A DNA stretch of 57,369 bases, filler included, from Sphacelaria rigidula (GCA_964200075.2; 5 parts of 5 records of this genome joined end to end with filler, not necessarily neighbours in it), one strand, 5' to 3'; shown: positions 37,994 to 51,224, counted from the whole stretch's first letter. Notes: a model not told the origin generated them from the letters alone. A program made the numbers and translations.

Positions 37994-38407
37994 AACAGAG
38001 GATTCTATAAAATGAGATTCATCAATGAAATGAGGTTCGAGCCCACAACAGTGCTTTCTCCACACTTTCAGCGATGGTGACCAATGGCTTTTTTGTGGGC
38101 CTAATGCCCCTCGATCGCGTAGATACTTTTTCAGCGCATTTTACCGACTCTGTGAGCTTACAGCGCTGACCGAAACTGCTGTTTTCCCTGATATCACCCC
38201 CCTAAAGAATAAGTAGAAATGGCGGTTTCGGACAGCGCTGTAAGCTCACAGAGTCAATAAAATGCGCTGAAGAAGTATCTACGCGATCGAGGGGCATTAG
38301 GTCGACAAGAAAGTCATTGGGCACCATCGCTGAAAGCGTGGAGAACGTACTGTTTTGAGCTCGAACCTCATTTCATTGATGAACATCATTTTATAGAATC
38401 CTTTGTT
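37994..38407. mobile_element. Intact 414-bp foldback element in RT of copy 2
   Basis: Inverted arms of about 190 bp, AACAGAGGATTCTATAAAATGA...TCATTTTATAGAATCCTTTGTT; perfect 4-bp TSD AACG; removal restores YQRLYAVTK. Confidence 0.93.
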
Positions 38408-41400
38408 AACGATTGTACGCTGTCACCAAAATCGCCAGGCTGTTTCTTCCACGGGTCGATGAAATTATTGCCTCTGTTGGCGGGGGTAAGGTATTTTCGA
38501 ACTTTGACATGCAGTCCGGCTACCACTAACTCGTGATGGATCCGAATTCTATTGAACTGACGGCGTTTTACACGCCATCAGGTTTGTACGAGTGGCTGAT
38601 TACACCACAAGGTGCTGCCGGAGCTCCAGGTGCGTTTCAACGTGTAATGTTCCGTGTGACTGATGGATTGTCCAAATGCCATGTGCGCCTTGATGATGCG
38701 GTGTGCCACGACTGCACACCGGTCGAACACGTCGAACAATTGGCACCATTTTTCAAGTGGTTTGAACAACACAACTTGAAACTCGACCCCTCCAAATCCC
38801 GCATTGGCGCCACGAAGATTGAGTTCTTGGGTCATTGCATCACCCCCGAAGGTCGTAGCCCATACCTCAACAAGGTCGCCGCACTCGCTGATATGCCCAT
38901 GCCACAGGACATTTCTTAACTGCGGCCCTTCTTGGGAGGTCTAAGCTACGACAGGCAGTACTTGCCAAACGTTGTCCATACGCTAAATCCCTCACCACCC
39001 TCTTCGAAAAAAGGGGTGAAATCTGTGTTTACATCGGAAATGGAAAAAACCGTCCGCCGCCTTCCTGACACCCTTTCGCGCCCGCCGATTGTCGTCTTTC
39101 CCGACTGGTCGGCAGCAGAACATGGTTCCCGCCCTTTCCGTCTCCACACAGATTCTTCCAAAATTGGGTTTGGCTGTACATTAGAACAGGATCAAGACGA
39201 TGCTACTGTTCGTCCCATTGTATATCTGAGTCGCACCACTTTTCCAAATAAACAGAACTGGTCTGTCATGGAACAAGAGGCCGGCGCAGTTGTTTGGGGC
39301 GTGCGACGTCTGCGTCAGTATTTGTATGACATCCCGTTTGTGATTTATACGGATCGTCTTTGAAAAGCCTCACCAAAATGGCGGAACACAACGCTAGAGT
39401 ATAACGCTGGTTCGAAATCCTGTCGTCTTACAACTTCCAGTTGAAATATCGCACAGGCTCGCAAAATGCAAACGCCGACTTTCTGTCACGCTTGCCGACA
39501 CCGGCTCAACCTATCGATGAATCCCTATGGGACGTATCACCGATCCCATCGAAGACGTTGTATATTTCATTAGCAGGAATTGACATAAAGATCTCTACAC
39601 ACCACTTTCCCTGAGAGAAACGCCGGCTCTAGGCATGGGTGAGCTGACGACCACAGCCCACGCATCAGTTCTGGGCAGCTTGCAACCTCAATTGTTGTAC
39701 TCAGTTTGGACTGCCTACGAATACTGTTGGCTATGATCATTTTCGTGCAACTGGCGAGCGCACGGTTTTCGCAGTAGGTGTAGAACCGTCCTTTGCTGAC
39801 TCCGTCTTACCAGTTCAAGTTCGAGATTTGATTTCGAGTGGTACTCGTGGACGGCGGACCGCCGAAACGGCCACCAAATTAGCCGTATTTGGTCCTGACC
39901 TTTCCCTCCCTGCCCCCATCCCGGTCCCCGATAGTTTCTTTGCGCCTCCCGAACCTCTGCGACGCAAGGCCCCCAGAAAATCGACCCCGACCGTGCCGCC
40001 CCTGCCAACCATAGCCGAAACCTCGGCTATGCCCCCCTCCCTTGCTGACGATATTGCCAACACCACCACAACACCCGCCACGCTAATCGACGCAGGAGTA
40101 GACGTCAACGTTTCGCCTGAGCATACACCACCTGGAAGGTTCACCCTTGATTCCGATATCACCGCTTCGTGTCCCCCTCATCCCGACCCGACCCAACGCG
40201 AAGTAGATGCTTCAATAGATGGCGTATTCAAGGAACGTTTGACCCTCTTCTCCCATGCCGATTGGACCCGGGAACAACATGCAGAACCTGCTTGTAAATC
40301 AGCTATGCATTATCTATCCAAAGGTTGCCCATTTCCATTCTCAGAAACCGAATTCCTTTTGACCGCCGGGAACCTCAAAGCCCCCACACAGGATGAAGCT
40401 ACTGAACTTTCGCGGAAAAGCATGCTGCATGCGAATGATGATGTTGTAGTTCTTTTGGTTCGTCGGCCTACAGCGGCCCTCCCAAGGGGGAAGCCTACAA
40501 CTCGACATGCCTGCTTGCTAGGTGATGAACCCATCCGCACCCATGTCCCGGTGCTTCTGCGCCCATGGGTTCTACACGAATGCCATTCACAGGCATCGAC
40601 TCATTTGGGCGCCATTAGGACCTCCCAGATGTTGGAACGTTTTTATTGGTGGATTTGCATGGATCATTGTTCTCGTTGGTCGGTTCGGCGTTGCCTTTTG
40701 TGCAAAGCGCGCAAGACTTCATGTCAAACAGTTCGTTGATGCACGCTGTCCCTTCCAGTAGCTATAACACGGAAGGTACCGCCAACATTCTTGTATACAT
40801 GTACATCCCACAGTGGGGTGTGCCCAAACGATTACTGTCTGACAACGGCCCGCATTTTTCAGGCAAATGTTTGGTCGCAGTCAGTGACCTTTTGGGTGCC
40901 CATCGCATTTTTACTAGTCGGTATCACCCTTCCACCAATGAGGGAAAGAAACGAGTGAACCATACGATGGCACAAATGCTTGCTGCTGTGGCAAATGAGA
41001 GACAGATGGACTGGGATCTGCATCTGCCCCTTATTCAAATGACCTATAACAATCCAGCCAATGCCGCTACGGAATTGTCACCGAATGAAATTCATATTGG
41101 TCGCATGCCTAGGTTACCCTTAACGGTATTCAAACGCAAAAATACAGGCGGACATCAGAGTCTGGATCGTGATGTTGTAAAGTATCATTTATCGGTTAGC
41201 AATCGTCTTGGTCTTACATATGAAGTGGTACGAGAACAGAACCAAATCAATTTGGCCAAGGCGGCTAGGGCAAACTCGATGTTGGATGAGGTGGTACATA
41301 ACCGCCCGGTGTGGAAGGTAGGCCAATGGGCATGGGTATATAACGATGTAAAGACCATCAATCAAGGGGCTAGCTCAAAATCATCCTCTTTGGACAAAGT

Positions 41401-41491
41401 GTTGAAGACAAAATTATCTTTGAATTGGAATGGTCGTAAGGAAAGTTCAGCTGTTGGTACAAGCGCTACCGCACCCCGACCAGAGTCCGGT

Positions 41492-41739
41492 GACACTTTC
41501 TACGATAGCCCCCGCCCAAAACCAGCTAAAAGTGCCACGAAAAAATTGGCAATAAAGAGCCTGATGTTGGGGTTCAGGCTGCGTGAAGCGCCTCATATTG
41601 GCGACATTGGCTAAAACAAACCCAAGCGTGGAAATTCCCAGCTTCTCGTTGTGCTCGGATTTCCCTATTTCGATTCACGTTAAGATTTTGCCTCCCAAAA
41701 CCATGCACTTTTGTGGGGGGGGCTATCGTAGAAAGTGTC
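41492..41739. mobile_element. 248-bp MITE in integrase tail of copy 2
   Basis: Perfect 22-bp TIR GACACTTTCTACGATAGCCCCC; TSD CGGT (or CCGGTG if termini are ACAC...GTGT); removal restores PDQSPVGAKIL. Confidence 0.92.
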
Positions 41740-44221
41740 CGGTGGGAGCGAAAATTTTGTATTTGTATTTTCCCATAGATAAACCTGGTTTGAAACCGAA
41801 ACATCGCGTCTCGATGCTACGATGCAAACCGTGTATCTCCCCTCATGACTCCTCCGACATGCCCAAACAACTGCCGCTGGAGCTCAGCCAGTATTTGGTA
41901 ACCAAGTATGCGATCAAAAATCCGCCGTATCATATGACGGTCGAGGATGCGGACGCACCCCTGGAACGCGTTACGGTGGAAAATATTTTGGGCCATCAAT
42001 TGGTCCGCGGCCGCGGTGGTAAGATAGCGGTAATATATCAAACACATTGGAAGGGTATCATGCGTGTTACATGGGAGCGTGAAGTTGATTTGCGTCATTT
42101 TCGTCGTGAGACATTGCTATACTGGGTAGGAGATGCCGTCCAACACCGCCCGTTGAATAAAAGATATCGGTCTATGCACAAGGAGGCTGCCCCTCGGGAA
42201 CTGGCACGTGAGCACTCAGCGCGGTTTGTTGTATCAGGCTTGAGCCTTCTTTCGCGTTCACAATACATGCAGTCTTTTCACCGACAACGCTTGCCGAAGG
42301 GGGCGTATTTTTGGTATAAGGCCTAGGATTTACTGTGGTAGTTAGGTAAGATTCATTTAGTCGACCCTGCATCTGACAGCTCCTACTTTATCCGCTTCCT
42401 CGATGATCCGAGCCCCCTCAGATTCGCTTGGATGATGCCTACTACACTGAGGTGCCGACCGCCCGCCGGCAATCCTGGTGCCTCCAACGAAACGACCAAG
42501 GCGATTTCGACACAGCCGTTCTACGCAACACGAACACCGCTTGGGATGCAGAAGACTCATGATGCCGCATCCGAGTCTGCTTCCCCATTCACCTTGCGTA
42601 GTGTACCATGTTCGAGTCGCTTGTCTCGCGCCGTAGCGTCGTTGGAAAACCATGTGTTCCCCCTCCCCCCCTTTCAGTTTTTTCCGTACTGCTTAGCCCG
42701 GTGCTTGTAGTTGTTGTACTTCTGGTATTTCGTATTTTTTATTTGCTTCTTGGATTTTTTTTCTCTTGGCTTAGACCCTGCATTTGTGTTTCGTTTTCGG
42801 TCTTGTATCGTGTTATTTTCTCTTCCTTCTTACTTTTGTTCTCTTCGCCTGTTTTTTATTTTTGTATTTGATGTAGATTTATGTTTTGTTTTTCTGAGTT
42901 CATATGGCGAAGCATGACGTGACGACCGTTCCACAAACTTTCCTGACCCCAAGTCTGGAACACTTGAACCTTCGTCCCCCGCGCCGTATGGCCGCGACCA
43001 TTCCATATTCTGGAACAGCTGCCACGAGTTATTTGTTTCTTTATTTTTCTTCGTTGTACGCACCTTTTGTCTTGTTTTGTTTTGGTCGAGAGTTTCCGGA
43101 GCGAGAGCTAGACATACCTAACCCCCCCGTCTGAAATATTTACGCTCTTTTTCAATCGCTCCGTACGCGAATACCGCCTCCCTCTTCGGGATCGGTCGTG
43201 ACGTGTCTCCTTTTTGTGTGCGTTCCACGTTGGGCTTCATATTACCATGGGCGATAGTAACCGAAGCCAAGTTTCCGAAATGTTTTGACCTTCTTGGCTG
43301 AAACTCTTGACCCTACTTGCTTCGTACACACGATAATCGCTCCCGTTTATAAGGACGGTCGCCACGTGTTATTTTTCTGCTTCATGCTTCTGATATTTTG
43401 TTTTCGCTGTTGCCCAGTGTACCCCTGGTTTTGTATTTATTTTGGTTGTGGTTGTTGCGTCTACGTCGAGAAATTTGCCATGAGTGTTCCAACGTTCCTG
43501 ACCCTCGAGTCCCGAACGCTTGGCCTACTTCTTCTGCGAGTCCTTCACACACGCGACCGACCTCGTTTACATGAAGGGTCACGTGTGATGCGACGCAACG
43601 GATGATTTATAGTTCGATGATTGGTAAGTTACAAAGAGATCACCACTGGCCGCGTCGTACGTAACGATGTTGAGGAATTGTCATTGCAATAGTGGAATAT
43701 TTTGTGGCAAACGTCTCCTCATACAGGACCATTACGTATCATGATCGGATAGATTGCTCTTCCGGAACAGGCCGTTCCGCCGTGTCGATATTCGACCATC
43801 GGTACAGCCTACAGGCTCAGAGTCCGCCACTCGCTATTCTCTTGTCACTGCTTACACCAGTTTTTTGCGTGCGGTTGCCCTCTCATGAAATCGGTCGGTG
43901 TTGTTTTGTTTTCATCAGGAATATTGAACAAAGTAACGTGACGGTACGAGCGGCTATGGTTTTTACTCCCGTTGGTGTTCGAGCCAGTCTCGGTTTTGTC
44001 CGAACTGGCAAATACCTCGAGGGGTGGACTACGTTGGCCCTCTCTCTCCCGTGAATTTGCCGTGGTTCAGAAATGTTTTGGGTGATCCGCCGCGGAACTA
44101 CGTAGTAGCCCCGATGGTCGTGTATTGCCTAAATTACGTTTCTTTTGACGTGTAAGGATATCTCGACCTAACGAAGTGGGCGGTTGTTTTTCGTATCTCG
44201 TCGTGTAAGAAAAAAAAAAAG

Positions 44222-44460
44222 TGCTGTACGAGTGGATCATCACCCAGACGTCCCTAGCAAGTCATTGCTTTCACAAACAGTTACCGACAATTAACTCACG
44301 CCAACCGGGTTGATTTGTCCGGATCATTTTGTTTGTTTTTTGCAATGTATGGTTTTCGCGGGAAACCACCTTTTTATCCGACGAAATCGGCTGTACGTTG
44401 TTGGCTTTTGCTGATTTACTGGGACGAGTGATAAGCATGAAATTGGTTATCGGAGTGACA
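44222..44460 (+). repeat. Candidate short 3' LTR of gypsy copy 2
   Basis: 15-nt purine tract AAGAAAAAAAAAAAG, then TG...GGAGTGACA. Confidence 0.35.
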
Positions 44461-45515
44461 TAATCCTTGGCGGGCTTGCTTGTTTTCTACTAATGAACTG
44501 AAACAAATCGGACACCCAGAAAATAGTGAACTATTATATTCGAGTCATCCTACGATAGGGGGGGGGGGGTATTTGGTTGCACAAAAAACTAGGCTCATGG
44601 GGATGTCAGATGACCTGCCACACTTGCGTTGCGCTTGTATTTGGTTTCAAACGGTGTCAGGCAGTATGGATGAGCGTTATTAATACACAACAAGCTGGTT
44701 CGAACAACTGTTGCTGCTTTCAACGACGATTTGACTCGGAATTTCGTGCGAGAAATGGTCCAACCCCCCCCCCCCCACCGTAGGCTGATTCATTCATGAC
44801 ATAGTTATGGCAGGGTATGATGATCGTTTCAATGATGGGCCTCTGATTTCCGGTGACTGTCCCGGAAATGCTCACGGCTTTTTGAGGACACTGCATTTTG
44901 GGGTATATCGGTTTGACTTTATATGTTTATTTCTGATTGCCCATGTTCCCCCCTGAGATGCTCACGGAGTTCGAGGACACTGTATTCTTGTATCGCTTCG
45001 ATTTTTATTGGTTTGCCTTATTTTTTTGTGTTTTGTGTTTTTTGGTTTTTTTTCCTCTTTTTTTTTGTGTTGGTCGCACCTTATCGCTCACCGTACCGAA
45101 AGAATACTTGATCTTGGAAACGAGTATCAGTTTTCTGTGGTGTGGGAGTGGTGTGGCTTGATGCAAGTTCGTCCCTTCTGAAGAGGAACTGTACTTTAAC
45201 GATCCAGGGTGGGCTATTGTGATGGTATACGACCGCGTACGTGAACTAAACTAGCACAGTGGGATATCGCGATCGTTTCACAAACGACCGGCGAGTAAGA
45301 GATGAGGATCCTAGTCGAAAGCGTGCTTGTGTAGAGTAGAAATTGGACCATTCGCACAGTTGAATTGGCGTTTTCCTGATTTTATTTCCGGACATTACCT
45401 GTATCGGATTAGTCATATGGGGCACACACCTGCCAACAATTTATATGGATAAAAGGCACACGCGGCGATTATTTTGTATTATGGCATTTGTATGCGTGGC
45501 TACGACAGTGGTTTT

Positions 45516-45837
45516 TGCTGAAACCCTGGCGTCCCCACCCAGTCACTTGCCACAGATCGATCTGTAGGCACCTTTTTGGATATGAGACGAGCTTTCAATC
45601 GTCCTCTACCCCATCGATTTCTCCTATCTACTCGGTCTCAGGTCCACAGCCAACTGACGTGAGTTGATCTGCAAGCTGTGCTGTACTATCATCCTTATCT
45701 ACCGCTTGTAAATATCGTTTCAGGCTTTGGCTGGGTGTTTCCCCCCGAACAGCTGGATTGTTGTGTCGAGAGAGAACCTTCAGCTTTGACATCACAAGTC
45801 GAACACAGGACTGGCTTGTCACATCCCTCCCTTGGGG
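45516..45837 (-). mobile_element. PPT and 3' LTR of a second copia-like family (left boundary uncertain)
   Basis: Minus strand CCCCAAGGGAGGGA-TGTGACA closely matches CCCCAAGGGAGGG-TGTTCG at 33035-33053; scaffold ends just upstream. Confidence 0.5.
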
Positions 45838-45877
45838 TGAGGCTTGCTTTGCTAGTGTTATACTACTACAGGTTGGG

Positions 45878-45977
45878 NNNNNNNNNNNNNNNNNNNNNNN
45901 NNNNNNNNNNNNNNNNNNNNNTTAATTAATTAANNNNNNNNNNNNNNNNNNNNNNNNNNNNNNNNNNNNNNNNNNNN
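45878..45977. other. Artificial scaffold-concatenation linker
   Basis: Same spacer. Confidence 0.97.
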
Positions 45978-47885
45978 GTCTGCGTTTTTATGCAGACTCA
46001 CAGCTTAATGTAACGGCAGACGTGAAGGATGTGTTTCAGCACGCTTTCAACCAGGGGCAGTTTCAGATGGCTGGGATTGTTCGCGTGACAGAGGCAGAGG
46101 ATCGTTCGTTGATCGTGTTGGTCGACTGGGTGAGTTTTGAAGTCGAGGGGCGTACGTGAGAGCCTTTGAAAAATATTTTTGAGGCCGCTCCAGAATTTCT
46201 CAAGAAGGAGTCGCGTAAGGTACGAGTGACTCGTTCTATTGCTGCTCGCATTACGTGTGAGTTTGGTATTCAGTTGTGACTTGTTCAATCGTTTTGGCGT
46301 TATTTTCCCGAGTGTCAAGCTTGTTGCTCGATTCTCGTCCAACGCGCTTTGGGGGTGCTGTGACAAAACCACGCCGTCACGCTGAGTATATTGTTTGATG
46401 ATATGGATGATGACTTGGGGTCTGTAGTGATGGTATGAATGATGACGTGGACACAGGGATGATACCCTGATGCGGGTTATGGAGCGTATGTGCCTGGGTG
46501 GCACTCCAGGATAACAAAAGGTGTTGTGAAGGCTAACAACTAAAACGTGAGGCCAGTGGAACTGGGGAGTCCCTCAACAGCATTAGACACTGCAGTACTA
46601 GCAACCTGCTGGCGTCACAGTCTTTACAACGGTATGAGTTTTGCGTGCACCACCTTCATGTTGGAAGTGATGTCTTCTTGATCGTTATGCCTTGTCGGGC
46701 CCATTGAAAGCGATTCGCGTGAAATCCTACCGCGAGTGTCGCTCTCCCTTTTGATATTCACTCGACCGTGGGTACGACAGTCCCAGTTGCCTACGGGGTA
46801 GCCTGTTTGACGTGGGTTGTCCAGTATGGTTGATCGTGAGACCGTCCGGGTCACGCGCTGATCTTGACGGCGGACCGTAGCTGATTTATACTTCATGTTG
46901 GTGGGTTGATAGTACGACCCTCCGGGCCGCGCGCTAATATTGCAGGTCATAGTCGTCAGGCTAGGCACCTCCCACGTTGCTTTGAGTTTTTCTGCTTCTT
47001 TTGTGTGTACCAGAGGCTGGATGATAGCGCAACCGCGCGGGTCATGTGCTGAGGCTGAAGTCCGTTGTTTGTCAGGCTAGGCTACTCCCCCATTGCTTTT
47101 TGTTTCGTTTTGTCCTACGCCCTTTTTGTGGTGTGGGAGATTGTGGTGAAACGTGAGTCTTCGAAGCTCTTTGAGCTTCTGTATACTCACGCTTCAGAGT
47201 GGGCTATTGTCATGGTATTTGACGGGACTGGCCTCGGGGTCAGTAACCTTTCGGGCACAATGTCTCGGTGTGAAGCAACGTTTGGACATGAATATTTGAT
47301 TGAGCCGTTCAGGGACGACAGCTTGTTGAAAGATCCAATTCGATGTTTCTAATTGTTGACAGCGGTCGACGGGAGATACAAGTTGCATGATTCAAATGAC
47401 TTGTCGGCTGCGCATTAAATGTCCACGTGCACAACAGGTAGTATTGCTGAAACGTCCTTTGGACTCGGGATACTCGGCTTTTCGCTGCTTGTATCATGAC
47501 TGGGCACGGATATAATTCGTGACGTAAGGTAGTTCATGTCGTCGCGTCGAGCACCTCCCAGAGCACTCTCTTTGGGGTACTGAACACCATCAGCTTTGGC
47601 CGCCGTTTCTCTGAGTTCCAAGTAAGTCCTTACCAGTAAGCTTTATAGCTGCGGGGAGTTATTGGCTCTGGTTCGTATCGTAAACTACAAGGGGATATAA
47701 TTCATTTCTGTGAACACCTGGACTGAACTGCTCACTGTGATTTGGATTTGGGCTGATTTGTTGCTGCACAGCTGTACCAGCAACCCTGGGCACATACGGC
47801 TCGAGCCTCTGTTCGTGATAACATAACAGGACAAAGGTGTACTGTCGCTGCCTTCTCGCAGGCGACTTAGCCCAACTCCTTGATA

Positions 47886-48115
47886 TATGGACGACCTCAT
47901 CCCTCCCGACCTTACTCACACTATTTCGGAAGATTTCTAGCCTTCTGTTCCCCCAAAGGGTATGTGCGAAAGCACGATTTTTGGGCCGAAAAACGTCCTT
48001 TTTTCAGCCTGAAATCGAGGTAAAGGTATGCTTTCGCACATACCCTTGGGAGGACGGAAGGCGAGAAATTCCCCGAAATAGTTTTGGGGGGTCGGGAGGG
48101 ATGGGGACGTCCATA
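47886..48115. mobile_element. 230-bp hairpin MITE with TATGG...CCATA termini
   Basis: Imperfect inverted arms of about 90 bp; flanks TGATA/TGAAA. Confidence 0.75.
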
Positions 48116-48211
48116 TGAAAGTCATTTGTCATGGATTTAGTGCAGGGAAAGAACGGCTTTTGAGTTGAACCTCATTCTTGTTTTCAACCCCATTTTCGAG
48201 AACCCGCTGTT
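48116..48211. mobile_element. Right arm remnant of the AACA...TGTT foldback family
   Basis: AAAGTCATT...TTTTGAGTTGAACCTCATT...CATTTT..AGAA..GCTGTT aligns with 38310-38407. Confidence 0.6.
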
Positions 48212-48683
48212 GTTGACGGGTTGCCATACAAGACGGTCTTACTGCATATAACAGCCTGGATTCGTTTTTGAGGTTCGACATTTAATTGAGGTTCGACGGA
48301 TCATCGAAATTTCATATACTTTGTTCGAAAGGGTCGGGATTCGCAAGCGGTTTTGGCCATGTGCCCCTAACCCAGAAGTTTCTGCACGGCAGCGAAAGCA
48401 TGATGATGAGCAGTCCACCAGAAGNNNNNNNNNNCAATTTTCCATTTCGTTTGTGCTTTTCTTTGCCTGTAACTCAAAAGATGCCGCACAAGGAATGACG
48501 GCAGCGAAAGCATGATGATGAGCAGTCCAACAGAAGAGCCGCCGTCATTCCTTGTGCGGCATCTTTTGAGTTACAGGCAAAGAAAAGCACAAACGAAATG
48601 GAAAATTGATCAGGTCCAAGCGAGTTGTATAACCCATTCTCAATCAACCGCTCTGCTCCAATGTCACGAAAAAAATGTTTCAA

Positions 48684-48962
48684 CCCTTAGACCGATGCCG
48701 ACTCAGCAGGTGACCTACCCTCGCGGTCTAAGGGTTTAGCCTTTCGGAACCCATTGACGATTTTTGTTCTTGTGAGTAGGGATCATGTTGACTTGAAAAT
48801 GACGGAAAATCATGCCGATTCACAAGGACAAAAATCGTCAGTGGGTTTTCAAAGTGTTGACCCCTTGACCGCGAGGGTAGGTCACCTGTGGAACCGGCAT
48901 CGATTATCACATGAAAAAAGCACGCGTGATCCAGATGGTCCACCCCCACCGCGGTCTGAGGG
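48684..48962. mobile_element. piggyBac-like miniature elements
   Basis: TCAA|CCCTTAGACCG ... CGGTCTGAGGG|TTAA; internal extra termini at 48734 and 48861. Confidence 0.55.
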
Positions 48963-51122
48963 TTAAATGACGGTGACATGGGTGAAGACCTACCCTGACC
49001 TCAACGTCAGAATTTTTCTTTCCCATCGCACTTTTTGCATTGAGGAATAATTTGAGAAGACACGACCTCACGACGCAAAGGAAGAGGAATGAATATAGTA
49101 TCAGATCGACCGGCACCATGATTTACGATTATGTGTTCTCTTGGGGACCCCATGTCTCACTGCCACAAAGGGACTCTGTGTCATCGAAAACCACTCAGAT
49201 CTTGTCGCAAAAGCGCAAGGGCGGCTTCACGCTCCCACTGCACCTGCGCAAGCGATCGTGCAGGTCTCGGTGTAGCTTTTGTGTGGGGACATTGTCAAAA
49301 TTGGAAAGGGTGCGCCGGGAAGATCACGAGAGGATGCAGCAACGTCAACAAAACTTGTTCATGTTGTGTTGCATCTCCGATAATGCATCGAATTTACCGG
49401 TATTCAGTTGTATCCGTGGTTCTCGGGGTCGAGTACGGGGGCAAGTTGCGCAGGATGTCTTGACTCTTGACATACTGCCCGCGGCGACAGCCTCACTCGA
49501 AGGCAGTTTGCTCCACGAGCGACGCCTCCAGAAAACCGAATAATTTTCCCGCCACCCCCAACCTGATCGGCCGTTAAAGAGTCATCATCAACAAGAGAGA
49601 ATTCATCAACAAGAGGGAATTCATTTGGCGGGACTTGAAAACACACGCTACACCTTGCGCCAAAGCCATCGAGTTTCGCTTCGACGGAAACCTTCAGCAC
49701 GTGGGGTATTCTTTCGCACGGTCTTCAGGCGTGGGAGAAATCAGTCCACAGCAAATCGCGCAAAAACAGAGCAGCCGTGATAAAAGCTGAATCCAGCAGT
49801 CAGGTAATATGCAACTTACATGTTATCATCGAAAAGAAGGAGGGGGTCCGGCTACCTTGAGGGTTACCCCCCCACCCCCGCCTTCCTTCCTTTTTTCGGC
49901 TACATATGTATGCGAACGAGAGCCCCTTCACTCGCGTCATTTTACACGGTAGTGTAACACAAATCAACAAAAGCCAGGACATGGCGGGGACACAACAGTG
50001 GACGAAAAACGTTGTGCGGGGCACCTATCGGCCGCGAAAACGAGCTATTATCGCCTAAACCATCTATTTACGCCAAGAATGTCCTGCCTGCTCTGACCTG
50101 ACGACCAAGGTTGTTATCATACTTGAAGCCAAGTGTGCACGCTCAGTACAAGACCGAGGATCATACCTCATATTTCCATATACACTGTATATAGGCATAT
50201 TGAGTCCTATACGTCATGGTACCCGCCCCTTCAAAGTTCTTCTATACCGCTGCCCCATAACACCGCCCAACACCGTACACGCACAAGTCCACCAGAGGCG
50301 CTCTGGGCACGTCGTACAACATATCCAACGAACTGCTGAATTTTTACTTTGTAGGCACGAACGCAGCGTTTCATACTACTGCCCTACAACGCTATTTCTT
50401 CAAAACAACGTTCCCTCGCCTTAAGCAAGAGCTCATTTTAAAACTTTTGCCAACGTCGCTACAGACATAGAGGAAACAGGAACCCGATCATTCTATTCCA
50501 CATGGCAGTCATCACCCGCGCGGCACATCCCGATCCCAATATAATAATCCAATTCTCGATATACTTGTTGAGAGTAGTTCGTGTGTTTCAAACTCCGTCC
50601 GCCGCCCACCACCCGGAAAACGCGAGTCTGATCATAACCTCGTATTTGCAAAGATCCGGCTCCGTGGTCGCTTGGCGCCCAATCGCGAGATGCGGAAACA
50701 TGTACCAAAACGCAGAACGGCCGGGAGAAACGACTGACCCACCACCCACGTGCAACACATACACTCGAATCACCGACAGACAACAGGCACTTATTCGTTC
50801 ATAGACGCTGGCTCTAATACACACACAAACGTATTCATGGCATACAATTTTCGCCAACTAAAATAAAACAAAGTCACTTGCTGATCCCGACACAAATAAA
50901 CGCACACCACATGACACAGTAGCGTGTGTTACAACATAGAGATGCGCGTGATTGACCGACGTCATGCCGCCCTCGTGCGTTCAAGAATGTATCGAGATAG
51001 ATTTCCATCCAGCGCGGCGCACTCGTCGCCGTTCGTGTACCACCGTCCTAATTCATCATCACCCCCCAGCGAACGCGAACGCTCGCCAACAGCCCCAAAA
51101 GATGTAAGACAGCAAAATGCAC

Positions 51123-51224
51123 CTCCACCGCGGCATCGAAACATTTGTTTTTGGGTGGAGAGGCCCTCGACCACTCGAAATCCGAACGGCATACACGAGG
51201 ACCGAGAGGCTTCGGCGACAACTC
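51123..51224 (-). CDS. Candidate downstream exon (phase 0-0, 102 nt)
   Basis: Acceptor TTTTCCTTTCTCTGTAG, donor GAG|GTGCAT, open frame ELSPKPLGPRVCRSDFEWSR... Confidence 0.25.

Larger units (their letters stand above)
36720..42560 (+). pseudogene. pol: gypsy pol pseudogene, copy 2
   Basis: ALPDSG, LLGRD, PWALPLVVV, RLDD, HTDSSKIG, HLG..CLLC, LSDNG, HWKG..TWERE; two MITE insertions; deletion of about 136 bp near 40738 removes the first integrase Asp motif. Confidence 0.93.
34550..44463 (+). mobile_element. Ty3/gypsy chromodomain retroelement, copy 2 (decayed)
   Basis: Collinear with copy 1 from about 11750 to the 3' end. Confidence 0.93.

Noticed and set aside
13800-42560. Several TAA codons aligned with Gln, suggesting TAR=Gln code reassignment
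   Set aside because: Other TAA/TAG codons align with Trp, Lys, Ser, Tyr and Leu, and frameshifts are common; explained by C>T decay
44864-45010. Tandem duplication of about 90 bp (ATGCTCACGG..GAGGACACTG)
   Set aside because: Only two degenerate units; no CRISPR-like or other functional pattern
47810-47885. TGTTCGTGATA identical to the copia LTR start
   Set aside because: Similarity stops after 11 nt; no PPT or matching end
48387-48608. Perfect 68-bp inverted repeat (48435-48502 / 48541-48608) with duplicated loop sequence
   Set aside because: Starts exactly at a 10-N gap and the loop repeats the sequence before the gap; most likely a chimeric read or assembly artefact
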